Below, one piece after another: positions 38,500 to 47,863 of a stretch of DNA of 64,000 bases. Origin of the DNA: Solirubrobacterales bacterium (GTDB lineage Bacteria > Actinomycetota > Thermoleophilia > Solirubrobacterales > 70-9); NCBI GenBank assembly GCA_035759925.1, contig DASTTY010000043.1, forward strand, positions 9,389-73,388. The letters are read 5' to 3'. The translations under genes and the position numbers were made by a program. How positions within the stretch are numbered: position 1 is the first letter of the stretch; each line of letters starts with the position of its first letter. The notes beneath the pieces are model-generated. The model saw nothing but the letters and a program-made list of their open reading frames with translations, searched no databases and was not told the origin of the DNA.

Positions 38500-38961
38500 T
38501 CAGGCGGGAGCGCCGTCGAGCGCGTCGAAGATCAGGTTGGCGCCGGGGATCTCGAGTGGCGTCGGCGTCGCGAACGACCAGGCGACGGTGCCGTCGCGGC
38601 CGATCAGGACGAGCGAGCGGTTCGAGTGGCCCCAGTCCTCGAGGTAGGCGCCGTAGGCCGCGCAGACGGCTCCCTTCGGGTGGAAGTCGGCGAGCAGCGG
38701 GAACGTCAGCCCGAGCCGCTCGCGGAATGCCGCGTGGCAGGCCGAGGAGTCGACGCTGACGCCGACGAGCGCGGCGTCGCGATCCTCGATCTCCCCGAGG
38801 ACCTCCTGGTAGATCGAGAGCTGGTCGCTGCAGACGGCGCTGAAGTCGAGCGGATAGAAGGCGAGGACGAGACGGCGGCCGCCGAAGTCCGCGAGCGTGA
38901 CCGCATTGCCGTCGTGGTCGGCCAACCGGAAGTCAGGGGCGCTGGTGCCGGGCTCGATCAC
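38500..38961 (-). CDS. ahpE: AhpE-like peroxiredoxin (AhpC/TSA family)
   Basis: 153 aa. Peroxidatic Cys context FYPLDFSAVCSDQL and FPLLADFHPKGAV. Length and motifs resemble mycobacterial AhpE. Confidence 0.8.
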   Translation of the reverse strand: MIEPGTSAPDFRLADHDGNAVTLADFGGRRLVLAFYPLDFSAVCSDQLSIYQEVLGEIEDRDAALVGVSVDSSACHAAFRERLGLTFPLLADFHPKGAVCAAYGAYLEDWGHSNRSLVLIGRDGTVAWSFATPTPLEIPGANLIFDALDGAPA

Positions 38962-38980
38962 GCCGCGGGGCAGCCTCTGC

Positions 38981-39250
38981 TCAGCGGCGCAGGCCGAGCT
39001 CGGCGACGAGCGAGCGGTAACGCTCGAGGTCGGTGCGCTCGAGGTACCGGAGCAGTCGCCGGCGGCGGCCGACGAGCATCAGCAGCCCGCGGCGGGAGTG
39101 GTGGTCCTTGCTGTGGGCGCGAAGGTGCTCGGTGAGCTCGTTGATCCGCTCCGTCAGCAGCGCCACCTGGACTTCGGTCGATCCGGTGTCGTCGCCGTCG
39201 CGGCCGTACTTGCCGACCAGCTCGGCCTTCTTGTCCTTCGTCAGCGACAT
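38981..39250 (-). CDS. rpsO: 30S ribosomal protein S15
   Basis: 89 aa. Sequence [35 protein letters not shown] is canonical S15. Confidence 0.95.
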   Translation of the reverse strand: MSLTKDKKAELVGKYGRDGDDTGSTEVQVALLTERINELTEHLRAHSKDHHSRRGLLMLVGRRRRLLRYLERTDLERYRSLVAELGLRR

Positions 39251-39305
39251 CAGTCTCTCTCAAGCATAGGGGGTGCCGGAGGCCCGGCGGGGCGCGTTCC
39301 GGCGC

Positions 39306-40193
39306 TCAGGGACGCGAGAAGGTAGCACAGACCTCGCGGGCTTCCTCGACGTCTCGATGCATCTGCTCGACCAGCTCGTCGACGTCGTTGAAGCGCTTCT
39401 CGCCGCGCAGCCGCTTCACGAAGGCGACCCGGAGCGGGCGCCCGTAGAGGTCCTCGTCGTGGTCGATTATGTGGGTCTCGATGAGGACGCCGCGACCGCT
39501 CTCGAAGGTCGGGCGGACGCCGACGTTGACGGCGGCCGGGAGGCCGTTCGCGAACGCCGCGTAGATGCCGTAGCCGGGGTGCACGAAGCGCTCGTCGGGG
39601 ACGATGTTCGCGGTCGGGAAGCCGAGTGTGCGCCCGCGGCGATCGCCGGAGACGACTTCGCCCTCGAGCATGAACGGCGCGCCGAGGCAGCGCCTGGCGG
39701 TCTCGAGATCGCCGGCGGCGACGAGCGCGCGGATCCGGGTCGAGGAGACCGTCTCGGAGCCGACCTCGACGAGCGGGACGACCGTCGTCTCGAACTCGGC
39801 GCGGGCCGCGAGCAGCTCCGGGGTTCCCTTCGCCTTCGCCCCGAAACGGAAGTTCTCGCCGACCCGGACCTCGCGGGCGCCGAGCTGCTCGACGAGGACG
39901 TGCTCGCAGAAGTCGTCGGCGGACCGCTGCGAGAACTGCTTGTCGAACGGGATCACGACCAGCTCGCTGACGCCGAGCCCGTCGATCACGTCGCGCTTCA
40001 CCTCGAACGGCATGATCAGCTTCGGCGTCGCCTCGGGGCGGATCACCGAGAGCGGATGGGGCTCGAACGTGAGCACCGTGTCGGCGTCGTCGATCACCTT
40101 CCGGTGGCCGACGTGGACGCCGTCGAAGCTGCCGATCGCGACTCTGCGATCGGCGGGCCGGGCGTCGGGAAGGGTGGTGACCTTGATGCTCAT
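39306..40193 (-). CDS. ribF: bifunctional riboflavin kinase / FMN adenylyltransferase
   Basis: ATG 40193 preferred (alternative TTG at 40220). Motif GSFDGVHVGH and a C-terminal riboflavin kinase domain. Confidence 0.85.
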   Translation of the reverse strand: MSIKVTTLPDARPADRRVAIGSFDGVHVGHRKVIDDADTVLTFEPHPLSVIRPEATPKLIMPFEVKRDVIDGLGVSELVVIPFDKQFSQRSADDFCEHVLVEQLGAREVRVGENFRFGAKAKGTPELLAARAEFETTVVPLVEVGSETVSSTRIRALVAAGDLETARRCLGAPFMLEGEVVSGDRRGRTLGFPTANIVPDERFVHPGYGIYAAFANGLPAAVNVGVRPTFESGRGVLIETHIIDHDEDLYGRPLRVAFVKRLRGEKRFNDVDELVEQMHRDVEEAREVCATFSRP

Positions 40194-40212
40194 CGGGGCG
40201 CGTGCGGGAGCA

Positions 40213-41043
40213 CTACTCAATCACGGGAAGCACGACCTCTGTCCGCAGCAGGTCCCCGCATGCGCGCGCGATTGCCACCAGCCGGCCCTCGCTGGTCAGC
40301 CGCAGCGGGCCGTCGCCGTGATCCGCATCCGCCGGGACCGGGATCCGGACGCCGTTCTGAACGCGCCGGGCGTCGTCGCCGTCGAGCTCGACGGCGGGGA
40401 GGTGAGCGACCAACCCCTCGACCGGTCGGACCCGCTCCGCGCCCTCCCCCTCCGGCAGCCGCAGCCCACCCACGGCGGTCCGGCGGAGCGCTGAGCAGTA
40501 GGCGTCGTCGAGCGTCTCGATCAGCGTGCGGACGTAGGTGCCGGCCGAGCAGACGACCTCGAAGGTCGCGGTCCCCTCCCCCGTCCCGATCAGCTCGGCC
40601 CGCTGGACCTCGACCTCACGGGCGGGCCGCTCGGCATGCTCGCCCCGGTGCGCCTTCCGGTAGAGGCGCTCGCCGCCGACCCGAACCGCCGAGGTCATCG
40701 GCACCGTCTGGACGATCGCGCCGGTCGGCAGCTCGAGCCGATCCGGGACCCTGCCGGTCTCGGCCAGCTCGCCGTCGGGATCGCCGGTGGTCGAGCGCCA
40801 CCCCAGTCGAGCGGTGGCGAGATAGGTCTTCGGCAGCCCGAGGACGTAGCGCTGCAGCCGCGTCGCGGCGCCGAGCAGGATGACCAGCAGGCCGGTCGCG
40901 AACGGATCGAGCGTCCCGGCGTGCCCGGCCTTGACGCCGAGCTCGCGCCGGTAGCGACGGACGACGTCGTGCGACGTCACCCCGGCCGGCTTGTCGCAGG
41001 CGATGAAGCCGGCGCCGACAGTCGCGACGGCCCGGTCAGGCAA
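40213..41043 (-). CDS. truB: tRNA pseudouridine(55) synthase
   Basis: 276 aa with TTG start overlapping the nrnA end. Motifs DKPAGVTSHDVV and catalytic Asp in GHAGTLDPFATG. Confidence 0.85.
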   Translation of the reverse strand: MPDRAVATVGAGFIACDKPAGVTSHDVVRRYRRELGVKAGHAGTLDPFATGLLVILLGAATRLQRYVLGLPKTYLATARLGWRSTTGDPDGELAETGRVPDRLELPTGAIVQTVPMTSAVRVGGERLYRKAHRGEHAERPAREVEVQRAELIGTGEGTATFEVVCSAGTYVRTLIETLDDAYCSALRRTAVGGLRLPEGEGAERVRPVEGLVAHLPAVELDGDDARRVQNGVRIPVPADADHGDGPLRLTSEGRLVAIARACGDLLRTEVVLPVIE

Positions 41044-42040
41044 GCCCGGCGCGGGTCTCTTCGCTGAGGAACTCGACGAGCTCGTCGTAGCTGCGATCGG
41101 TCGAGAAGCCGGCGGCCCGCTGGTGCCCGCCGCCGCCCATCTTCCTGGCGATCACCGAAACGTCGACGGAGCCGTCGGTCGAGCGGAGGCTGACCTTGCG
41201 CGCTTCGCGATGACCGTCCGGCTTGTCGCGCACGACCGCCGCCACCGAAGTCCCCTCGATGCCGCGCACGAAGTCGATGATCCCCTCGGTGAGCGTCTCG
41301 TCGGCCCCGGTGGCCGCGTAGTCGGCGGCGGACAGGTAGGTCGTCGAGAGCGCCCCGTCGAGGTGGCGGTCGATCCGCTCGAGCGCCCGGGCGATCAGCT
41401 TCAGCTTCGCCTCCGGCACCCGCTCGTAGAGGCGCCGGAAGGTGCCGTTGACGTCGACTCCGGACTCGATCAGCTCGGCGGCGACGCGGTGGGTGCGGGC
41501 ATCGGTGTTCTCGTACATGAACTGACCGGTGTCGGTGATCAGGCCGACGTAGAGCGCCTGCGCGATCGACTCGCTGATCTCGACGCCGAGCCGGCGGCAG
41601 ATGTCGAAGACGATCTCCGCGGTCGAGGATGCGCCGACGTCGACCAGGTTGACGTCGGCGAAGCGGGTGTTGTCGTGGTGGTGGTCGATGTTGAGCATCC
41701 GCTTGCCGGAGCGGAGCCAGTCGACCGGCATCCGGTCGATGTTGCCGCAGTCGAGGAAGATCACCGTCCGGTCGGCGAGATCCGCAGGGGCCTCGTGGAA
41801 GACCTCCTGCAGCGGTAGGAAGCGGTACTCGAGCGGCAGCGGGAACTCCTTCTCGGCGAGGAACATCAGCGAGTCCTTGCCGAGCTGCGTCAGCGCTTCC
41901 TGGAGCGCCAGGGTCGAGCCGAGCGCATCGCCGTCGGGTCCCTCGTGGGTGGTGATCAGGAAGCGCTCACTCTCCGCCAGCTCGGCCACGATCGCGTCGG
42001 TCGCGATCTCGATCTCGGACCTGTCGCCGTTCGAGCTCAC
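41036..42040 (-). CDS. nrnA: DHH/DHHA1 phosphoesterase (NrnA-type oligoribonuclease / pAp phosphatase)
   Basis: 334 aa. Motifs GPDGDALGS, NIDHHHDN and MGGGGHQRAAG. ATGA overlap with the rbfA stop. Confidence 0.8.
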   Translation of the reverse strand: MSSNGDRSEIEIATDAIVAELAESERFLITTHEGPDGDALGSTLALQEALTQLGKDSLMFLAEKEFPLPLEYRFLPLQEVFHEAPADLADRTVIFLDCGNIDRMPVDWLRSGKRMLNIDHHHDNTRFADVNLVDVGASSTAEIVFDICRRLGVEISESIAQALYVGLITDTGQFMYENTDARTHRVAAELIESGVDVNGTFRRLYERVPEAKLKLIARALERIDRHLDGALSTTYLSAADYAATGADETLTEGIIDFVRGIEGTSVAAVVRDKPDGHREARKVSLRSTDGSVDVSVIARKMGGGGHQRAAGFSTDRSYDELVEFLSEETRAGLA

Positions 42041-42369
42041 TCGTCCATCATCCTCGTCAACCGGTCGGCACGCTCGACCGACTCGTCGTAGACGAATTGC
42101 AGCGCCGGCGTCCGCTTGAGGCGGAGCTGGCTCGAGATCGCACGCTGGATCACCCCGTGCGCGGCCTGCAGGGCCTCGATCGTCTCCGCCTTCTCGGCGT
42201 CGGAGCCGAGCACGCTGACGTAGACCTGCGCGTTCCGCAGGTCGGGGCTTGTCTGAACTGACGTGACGGTCACGAATCCGATCCGAGGGTCCTGCAACTC
42301 ACCCCCGATCGTCGCTCCGATCACCTCGCGAAGCACACCGTCGACGCGTCGCATGCGCGATACGGCCAT
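42037..42369 (-). CDS. rbfA: ribosome-binding factor A
   Basis: 110 aa with typical RbfA sequence (DPRIGFVTVTSVQTSPDLRNAQVYVS). Confidence 0.9.
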   Translation of the reverse strand: MAVSRMRRVDGVLREVIGATIGGELQDPRIGFVTVTSVQTSPDLRNAQVYVSVLGSDAEKAETIEALQAAHGVIQRAISSQLRLKRTPALQFVYDESVERADRLTRMMDE

Positions 42370-42424
42370 CGGCGCCGACTATAGCCGGGAGCGTTGGTGG
42401 GAGCCGTGCCTGCGGAGGCGGCTG

Positions 42425-44599
42425 TCAGTCGAGCGTCTTCTCGACCTGCGTGGTCTCGAACACCTCGAGCACGTCGCCGACCTTGACGTCCTGGAAGCCC
42501 TCGAGCGTGATCCCGCACTCCTGGCCCTCCTCGACCTCGCGGACGTCGTCCTTGAAGCGCCGCAGCGAGCCGATCCGGCCGGTCCAGATGACGGTTCCGT
42601 CGCGAACGAGCCGCGTCTGGGCGTCGCGGGTGATCCGGCCGTCGGTGACCCGCGAGCCGGCGATCGTGCCGATCTTCGAGGCCTTGAACAGCTCGAGGAC
42701 CTCGGCCTCCCCGAGCGAGCGCTCGACCTGCTCGGGCTCGAGCATGCCCTCCATCGCCGCGCGCAGCTCCTCGGTGACCTTGTAGATGACCGAGTAGGTG
42801 CGGATCTCGACGCCTTCGGCGGCGGCGGCCCGCTTCGCGTCGGCGAGCGGGCGGACGTTGAAGCCGATCACGATCGCATCGGAGGCGGCGGCGAGCATCA
42901 CGTCGGACTCGTTGATCCCGCCGGCGGCGGCGTGGACGACGTCGACCGCCACCTCGTCCTGGGGCAGCTTCGCGATCTCGTCCTGGAGCGCCTCGAGCGA
43001 GCCGGCGACGTCAGCTTTCAGCAACAGGTTGATCTGCTTGATCTCGCCCTGCTTCGCCTTCGAGAAGACGTCCTCGAGCGTGATCCGGCGGGCGGTGCGG
43101 CGGGCCTGCGCCTCGGTCTTGAGCCGGATCGCCCGCTCGCCGGCGAGCTGGCGGGCCCGGCGGTCGTTCTCGACCACCTGGGCGCGCTCGCCGGCCTCGC
43201 CGACGCCGTCGAAGCCGAGCACCTCGACCGGGTCGCCGGGCCGCGCCTCCTTGATCCGGTTGCCGTTGAAGTCGTGCATCGCGCGGACCCGGCCCCATTG
43301 CGAGCCGGCGACGATCGAGTCGCCGACGCGGAGGGTCCCACGCTGGACGAGGATCGTCACGACGGCGCCGCGGCCGGGATCGAGGTGCGACTCGATCACG
43401 GTCCCGGAGGCGTCGGCATCGGGGTTCGCCTTCAGGTCCTCGAGCTCGGTGACGAGCAGGATCATGTGCAGGAGGTTGTCGAGGCCCTCGTGGGTCTTGG
43501 CGGAGACGTCGCAGTAGACCGTCTCGCCGCCCCAGTCCTCGGGCTGGAGGCCGAGGTTGGAGAGCTCGCCGCGAACCTTGTCGGGCGTGGCGCCCTCCTT
43601 GTCGATCTTGTTGACGGCGATCATCACCGGGACCTCGGCGGCCTTCGAGTGGTCGATCGCCTCGACGGTCTGCGGCATCACTCCGTCGTCGGCGGCGACG
43701 ACGACGATCGCGACGTCGGTCACCTTCGCGCCCCGGGCGCGCATCGCCGTGAACGCCTGGTGGCCGGGCGTGTCGAGGAAGGTGATCGTCCGATCGTCGT
43801 GGTGGACCTGGTAGGCGCCGATGTGCTGGGTGATCCCGCCCGCCTCGCCGGCGGCGACCTCGGTCGTGCGGATCGCGTCGAGCAGCGACGTCTTGCCGTG
43901 GTCGACGTGGCCCATCACCGTCACAACCGGGGGGCGGAGGACGAGATCGGCCTCGTCGTCCTCGAACTCCGGCGTCTCGTCGGCCTCCTCGCCGGCGTGG
44001 ATGATCTCGACCTTCTGGTCGAACTCCTCGGCGAGGACGAGCACGGTCTCGTCGGTCAGGGTCTGGGTCAGTGTCGCCATCTCGCCCTGCTGCATCAGCT
44101 TCTTGATGACCTCGGCGCTGCTGACGCCGAACGTCTCGGAGACCTCGCGCACGGTCGCGCCGGAGTTGACCTTGAGCGCCTCCGCCTCCTCGGTGCTGAG
44201 CGTCTTAAGTTCCGGCGATTCGTCGAATGCGGGTCGCCGGCGGCGGCCGCGACGACGCGGCGGGCGCTGCGGCGGGCCCGGCGACATGTGGTCACGACGA
44301 GCCGCCTGTGAGTCGATGACGACGCGACGGCGCTTCTTGCCGGCCCCGTCGCCGCCCGGGGCGGCGGCAGGCCTCTTGACGGGCTGACCGGGCGCCTTGC
44401 GCGCCGGCGCCTTGCCGGCGGCCGCGGGCTTCTTCTTCGGCAGCGCGCCGGCTGCCGCGAGGGCCTTCAGCGCCGTCGCCTGATCGACGCTCGACGACGC
44501 GGTCTTGACCTCGACGTTCGCCGCCTTCAGGGCATCGATGACCCGCGAGCTCTCGAGCCCGAGCGCCTTGGCGATCTCGTGGACGCGCTGCTTCGCCAT
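42425..44599 (-). CDS. infB: translation initiation factor IF-2
   Basis: 724 aa. G-domain [14 protein letters not shown] and NKID. Pro/Ala/Lys-rich N-terminal region. Confidence 0.95.
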   Translation of the reverse strand: MAKQRVHEIAKALGLESSRVIDALKAANVEVKTASSSVDQATALKALAAAGALPKKKPAAAGKAPARKAPGQPVKRPAAAPGGDGAGKKRRRVVIDSQAARRDHMSPGPPQRPPRRRGRRRRPAFDESPELKTLSTEEAEALKVNSGATVREVSETFGVSSAEVIKKLMQQGEMATLTQTLTDETVLVLAEEFDQKVEIIHAGEEADETPEFEDDEADLVLRPPVVTVMGHVDHGKTSLLDAIRTTEVAAGEAGGITQHIGAYQVHHDDRTITFLDTPGHQAFTAMRARGAKVTDVAIVVVAADDGVMPQTVEAIDHSKAAEVPVMIAVNKIDKEGATPDKVRGELSNLGLQPEDWGGETVYCDVSAKTHEGLDNLLHMILLVTELEDLKANPDADASGTVIESHLDPGRGAVVTILVQRGTLRVGDSIVAGSQWGRVRAMHDFNGNRIKEARPGDPVEVLGFDGVGEAGERAQVVENDRRARQLAGERAIRLKTEAQARRTARRITLEDVFSKAKQGEIKQINLLLKADVAGSLEALQDEIAKLPQDEVAVDVVHAAAGGINESDVMLAAASDAIVIGFNVRPLADAKRAAAAEGVEIRTYSVIYKVTEELRAAMEGMLEPEQVERSLGEAEVLELFKASKIGTIAGSRVTDGRITRDAQTRLVRDGTVIWTGRIGSLRRFKDDVREVEEGQECGITLEGFQDVKVGDVLEVFETTQVEKTLD

Positions 44600-44605
44600 C
44601 TGCCT

Positions 44606-46372
44606 CTACTGAGCCTCCGAACCCTCCGCCGGCTCCTCGGCCTCGACGGCGGCATCGGCGAGCTCCTCCGCCTCGGCGACGACGTCCTCGGCGGAGTCCT
44701 CGTCCGCCACGGCCTCGGTACCGACCTCCTCGGCGACCTCCTCGGCGATCGCGCCGGCCGCTTCCGGATCGGCGCCCTCGGCGGTCGCCTCCTCCTCGGC
44801 CGCGTCGGCGGCGGCATCCTCGAGCGCAGCCTCGGATTCGGCGGCGGCGTCGGCGGCCGTCTCCTCGGCGGCCTCTGACTCGGCGGCCGCATCGGGGTCC
44901 TCCTCGGTGGCGACCGCGGTCACCGCGTCCTCGAGCGCGACCTCGGCGATCGCCTCGTCTGCAACCCCCTCGGCGGTCGGGGCGGACTCGTCGGCGGCGT
45001 CGGCGGCGGCGAACTCCTCCTCGGCGCGGGCGACGATCGGCGCGATCGCGTCTTCGGCCGCATCGCCGTCGGCGAGCAGCGCGATCTCCCCCTCGTCGAG
45101 CGGCGAGAGAACCGTGACCTGGTTGGTCGTGAAGCGGGCGAGCGCCTGGTGGGTCGGCAGGCCGCAGTAGCGGGAGCCCGGCAGGGCCGCGTTCGGGCAA
45201 CGGCGTCCTGCCGACAGCACCGCCATGCAGCGACCGTCGAACTGCTCCTCCTCGTCCTCGTAGCCCTCTTCCTCGCCGCGCTCGGCGAACTCGCTCTCGC
45301 CGACGATGTCGACGCGCCAGCCGGTCAGCTTCGCTGCGAGCCGGGCGTTCTGTCCCTCGCGGCCGATCGCCAGCGAGAGCTGGTCGTCGGGGACGATCAC
45401 GGTCGCCTGGCGCTCCTCGTCGTCGACCAGGACCTCACGGACACGGGCCGGCGAAAGCGCCTTGGCGACGAAGCGGGCGGGCTCCTCGTTGTAGGGGATG
45501 ATGTCGATCTTCTCGCCGCGCAGCTCGGAGACGACCATGCGGACGCGGGAGCCGCGCGGGCCGACACAGGCGCCGACCGGATCGACGCCGTCCGCATGCG
45601 AGACGACAGCGATCTTCGAGCGGAATCCGGGCTCGCGGGCGACGCCGACGACCTCGACGAGCTCATCGGCGATCTCGGGGACCTCGAGCGCGAACAGCTT
45701 CTTGATCAGCTCCGGGTCCTTGCGGGAGACGACGACGCTCGGGCCCTTGCCATCGGCGTTGACCTCCGTGATCACCGCCTTGATCCGCATCCCGTGGTCG
45801 TAGCGCTCGCTGTAGATCTGCTCGGAGCGCGGCAGCAGCGCCTCGACGCGGTCGCGGAGCTGGACGAGCGTGTAGCGATTGTCGGACTGCTGGATGATCC
45901 CGGTGATCAGCTCGCCGACGCGGTCCTGGAACTCCTCGTACATCATCATCCGCTCGGCCTCGCGGATCCGCTGCAGCATCACCTGCTTGGCCGTCTGCGC
46001 GGCGATCCGGCCGAAGTCGTCGGGTGTGACGTCGTGCGACTCGATCTGGTCCTCGTAGGGAGCGAGCAGCTCCGGGTCGAGCTCCGGCTCCTCGGGCTCC
46101 TTGAGCTGGCCGGTCTGCGGGTCGATCTCGGGCTCCTGCTCCTCGGCCGCCTGGGCGAGCAGCTTCTCCTCGAGCTCGGCGGGCAGGATCAGTTCGAAGA
46201 CGCGGAAGTCCGCGGTCTCGTGGTCGAGGTCGACCCGGGCGTAGCGGGCGGCCCCCGGCTGCTTCTTGTACGCCGACAGCAGGGCGTCCTCGAGCGCCGC
46301 CATCAGCGTCTCGGAATCGAGGCCCTTCTCCTGCTCGAGGACCTTGATTGCTTCGACGATCTCGCGGCTCAC
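44606..46372 (-). CDS. nusA: transcription termination/antitermination factor NusA with about 200-aa C-terminal extension
   Basis: GTG 46372 overlaps the rimP stop (GTGA); 588 aa. NTD, S1, KH1 and KH2 ([22 protein letters not shown]), then a Cys cluster and an Ala/Glu/Asp-rich tail. The stop lies 6 nt before the infB ATG. Confidence 0.9.
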   Translation of the reverse strand: MSREIVEAIKVLEQEKGLDSETLMAALEDALLSAYKKQPGAARYARVDLDHETADFRVFELILPAELEEKLLAQAAEEQEPEIDPQTGQLKEPEEPELDPELLAPYEDQIESHDVTPDDFGRIAAQTAKQVMLQRIREAERMMMYEEFQDRVGELITGIIQQSDNRYTLVQLRDRVEALLPRSEQIYSERYDHGMRIKAVITEVNADGKGPSVVVSRKDPELIKKLFALEVPEIADELVEVVGVAREPGFRSKIAVVSHADGVDPVGACVGPRGSRVRMVVSELRGEKIDIIPYNEEPARFVAKALSPARVREVLVDDEERQATVIVPDDQLSLAIGREGQNARLAAKLTGWRVDIVGESEFAERGEEEGYEDEEEQFDGRCMAVLSAGRRCPNAALPGSRYCGLPTHQALARFTTNQVTVLSPLDEGEIALLADGDAAEDAIAPIVARAEEEFAAADAADESAPTAEGVADEAIAEVALEDAVTAVATEEDPDAAAESEAAEETAADAAAESEAALEDAAADAAEEEATAEGADPEAAGAIAEEVAEEVGTEAVADEDSAEDVVAEAEELADAAVEAEEPAEGSEAQ

Positions 46373-46803
46373 GACTGTACCTCCGACAGCTCTGGGACAA
46401 GGTTCGAGCGGCTGATCAGCTCGAACGGGATCTCGATCACTTCCCCCGCGGACTCGATGCTCACCGCATCCCCGCCGGCGGCGGTCAGGCGTCCGGTGAA
46501 GTTCCTGCGCTCCCCGATCGGCTCGGCGGTGCGGATCCGCACCTCGTGACCGACGAAGCGGGCGAAATGCTCGGGCTTCGCGAGCGGGCGGTCGAGTCCC
46601 GGCGAGGAGACCTCGAGAGCGAAGTCGGTGAGCAGGTCGCGGACCTGCATCGTCACCCGCTCGCAGAGGTCGAGGCCGACGCCGTCGGGGTGGTCGATGA
46701 AGAGGCGCAGCGACTCGCGCGCCGGCGCCTGCACGGCGATCAGCTCGATCCGGGGATCGAGCTCGGCGATCTTCGCGGCGATTTCGCTCTCGTTCGGCTG
46801 CAA
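46369..46803 (-). CDS. rimP: ribosome maturation factor RimP
   Basis: TTG 46803 after AGGAAC (tentative); 144 aa. RimP-like motifs LRLFIDHPDGVGLDLCERV and SSPGLDRPL. The track ORF start at 46962 runs through a promoter and a terminator. Confidence 0.7.
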   Translation of the reverse strand: MQPNESEIAAKIAELDPRIELIAVQAPARESLRLFIDHPDGVGLDLCERVTMQVRDLLTDFALEVSSPGLDRPLAKPEHFARFVGHEVRIRTAEPIGERRNFTGRLTAAGGDAVSIESAGEVIEIPFELISRSNLVPELSEVQS

Positions 46804-46869
46804 GTTCGTTCCTGTGATTCCTTGGTCCGTGGCGTCGTCCTTTCGCGCCTCCCGTCCCGCTCGAGACCG

Positions 46870-46895
46870 AAAAAAAGGCGGGCCGCAGGCCCACC
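46870..46895 (-). terminator. intrinsic terminator / attenuator in the rimP-nusA-infB leader
   Basis: Minus strand has an 8-bp stem GGUGGGCC / GGCCCGCC (one G-U pair) with loop UGC, followed directly by UUUUUUU. It is the only 7-nt homopolymer A/T run I noticed in the window. Confidence 0.6.
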
Positions 46896-46934
46896 TCTCG
46901 CAACGGATTCGTATGCGGATGAAGGTGTACGACG

Positions 46935-46962
46935 AGTATAGCCACCGCCATTCGCCGATCAA
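46935..46962 (-). promoter_or_regulatory. candidate sigma-70-type promoter upstream of the rimP leader
   Basis: Minus strand reads TTGATC, a 16-nt spacer, then TATACT. The predicted TSS near 46928 lies about 33 nt upstream of the terminator hairpin. Confidence 0.5.
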
Positions 46963-47016
46963 GAGCGATTCTGCGGTTCCCGGGCGCCGTTTCCCGCCCG
47001 CGGAGGTGCTCAGATC

Positions 47017-47436
47017 TCAGACCTCGATCAGCAGCGTGACCGGCCCGTCGTTGACGAGCTCGACCTCCATCGCCGCCCCGAACTCGCCGCGCTGGGCGCC
47101 GAGAAGCTCGCAGGCGAGGTCGTAGAGCGGCTCCGCCTGCTCCGGAGGCGCCGCGCCCGTGAAGCTCGGCCGGTTGCCCTTGCGGACGTCGCCGTAGAGC
47201 GTGAACTGGCTGACGCAGAGGATCTCGCGATCGTCGCCGAGCGGCTCCGACATCCGCCCCTCGGCGTCGTCGAAGATCCGCAGCGCCCCGACCTTGCGGG
47301 CCAGCCGGCGCACCTCCTCCTCGCCGTCGCCGGGCGCAACGCCGAGCAGGACCACCAACCCCGGCCCGATCGCGCCGACGGTCGCACCGTCGACCCGCAC
47401 CGCGGCCGAGGAGACCCGCTGGACGAGCGCCCGCAC
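47017..47436 (-). CDS. dtd: D-aminoacyl-tRNA deacylase
   Basis: 139 aa. Motifs MRALVQRV, SQFTLYGD and NDGPVT. Confidence 0.9.
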   Translation of the reverse strand: MRALVQRVSSAAVRVDGATVGAIGPGLVVLLGVAPGDGEEEVRRLARKVGALRIFDDAEGRMSEPLGDDREILCVSQFTLYGDVRKGNRPSFTGAAPPEQAEPLYDLACELLGAQRGEFGAAMEVELVNDGPVTLLIEV

Positions 47437-47440
47437 GCCT

Positions 47441-47833
47441 CTAGGAGGCGAGCAGGCGCTGCCTGTAGATCCGGTAGTCCTCGCGGTCGGGCCGCAGGTT
47501 GGCCGCGATCGCGAGGTGGCGCCTGGCGTCGTCGGAGCGGCCGCTCAGATCGAGCGCCCGCCCGAGGCAGAAGTGGGCGAAGTCGTTGGTCGGGTACTGC
47601 TCGACGACCGCCTCGAACTCGGTCGCGGCCTCGGCGAATCGCCGCGAGCGGAACAGGGCCCGACCGAGAGCCTCGCGGACCGACGACTTGCCGGGCTCCC
47701 GCGACGCGACCTTGCCGAGCGGCACCGCGGCCGCGGCGAAGTCACCGCTTTCGAGCAGCTCCATCCCCCGCGTGTAGAGCGCGTAGGAGTCGTCGTTGAT
47801 GTGGTTGGAGCTCTCGGGACGTCGTTCGATCAT
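47441..47833 (-). CDS. small tetratricopeptide-repeat protein
   Basis: 130 aa with three TPR-like helical repeats (YALYTRGMELLESGDFAAA, ...FEAVVEQYP...). Lies 4 nt upstream of dtd. Confidence 0.6.
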   Translation of the reverse strand: MIERRPESSNHINDDSYALYTRGMELLESGDFAAAAVPLGKVASREPGKSSVREALGRALFRSRRFAEAATEFEAVVEQYPTNDFAHFCLGRALDLSGRSDDARRHLAIAANLRPDREDYRIYRQRLLAS

Positions 47834-47863
47834 GAGAACGATTCTACGGAGCGTGTAAAGGGC

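Noticed and set aside
39275-39303. Nested GC hairpin between the ribF stop and the rpsO SD, considered as an S15 autoregulatory leader or ribF terminator.
   Set aside because: There is no U tract, and the 55-nt spacer is too short for me to match any known S15 leader fold by eye. It would need a covariance-model search.
44292-45200. A 302-aa Arg/Gly-rich minus-strand ORF and the repetitive GC-rich tract 44606-45150, considered as a separate gene, a tandem repeat or a CRISPR-like array.
   Set aside because: The ORF is an alternative frame of the NusA acidic tail and the infB 5' end. The repetitiveness is Ala/Glu/Asp codon low complexity in the nusA frame, and there is no repeat-spacer organisation.
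46804-46962. N-terminal 53 codons of track ORF 46369..46962, considered as part of RimP.
   Set aside because: This stretch would translate through the -35/-10 hexamers and the U7 terminator (reading PPFF). The conserved RimP sequence starts after TTG 46803, which has an AGGAAC SD-like sequence upstream.
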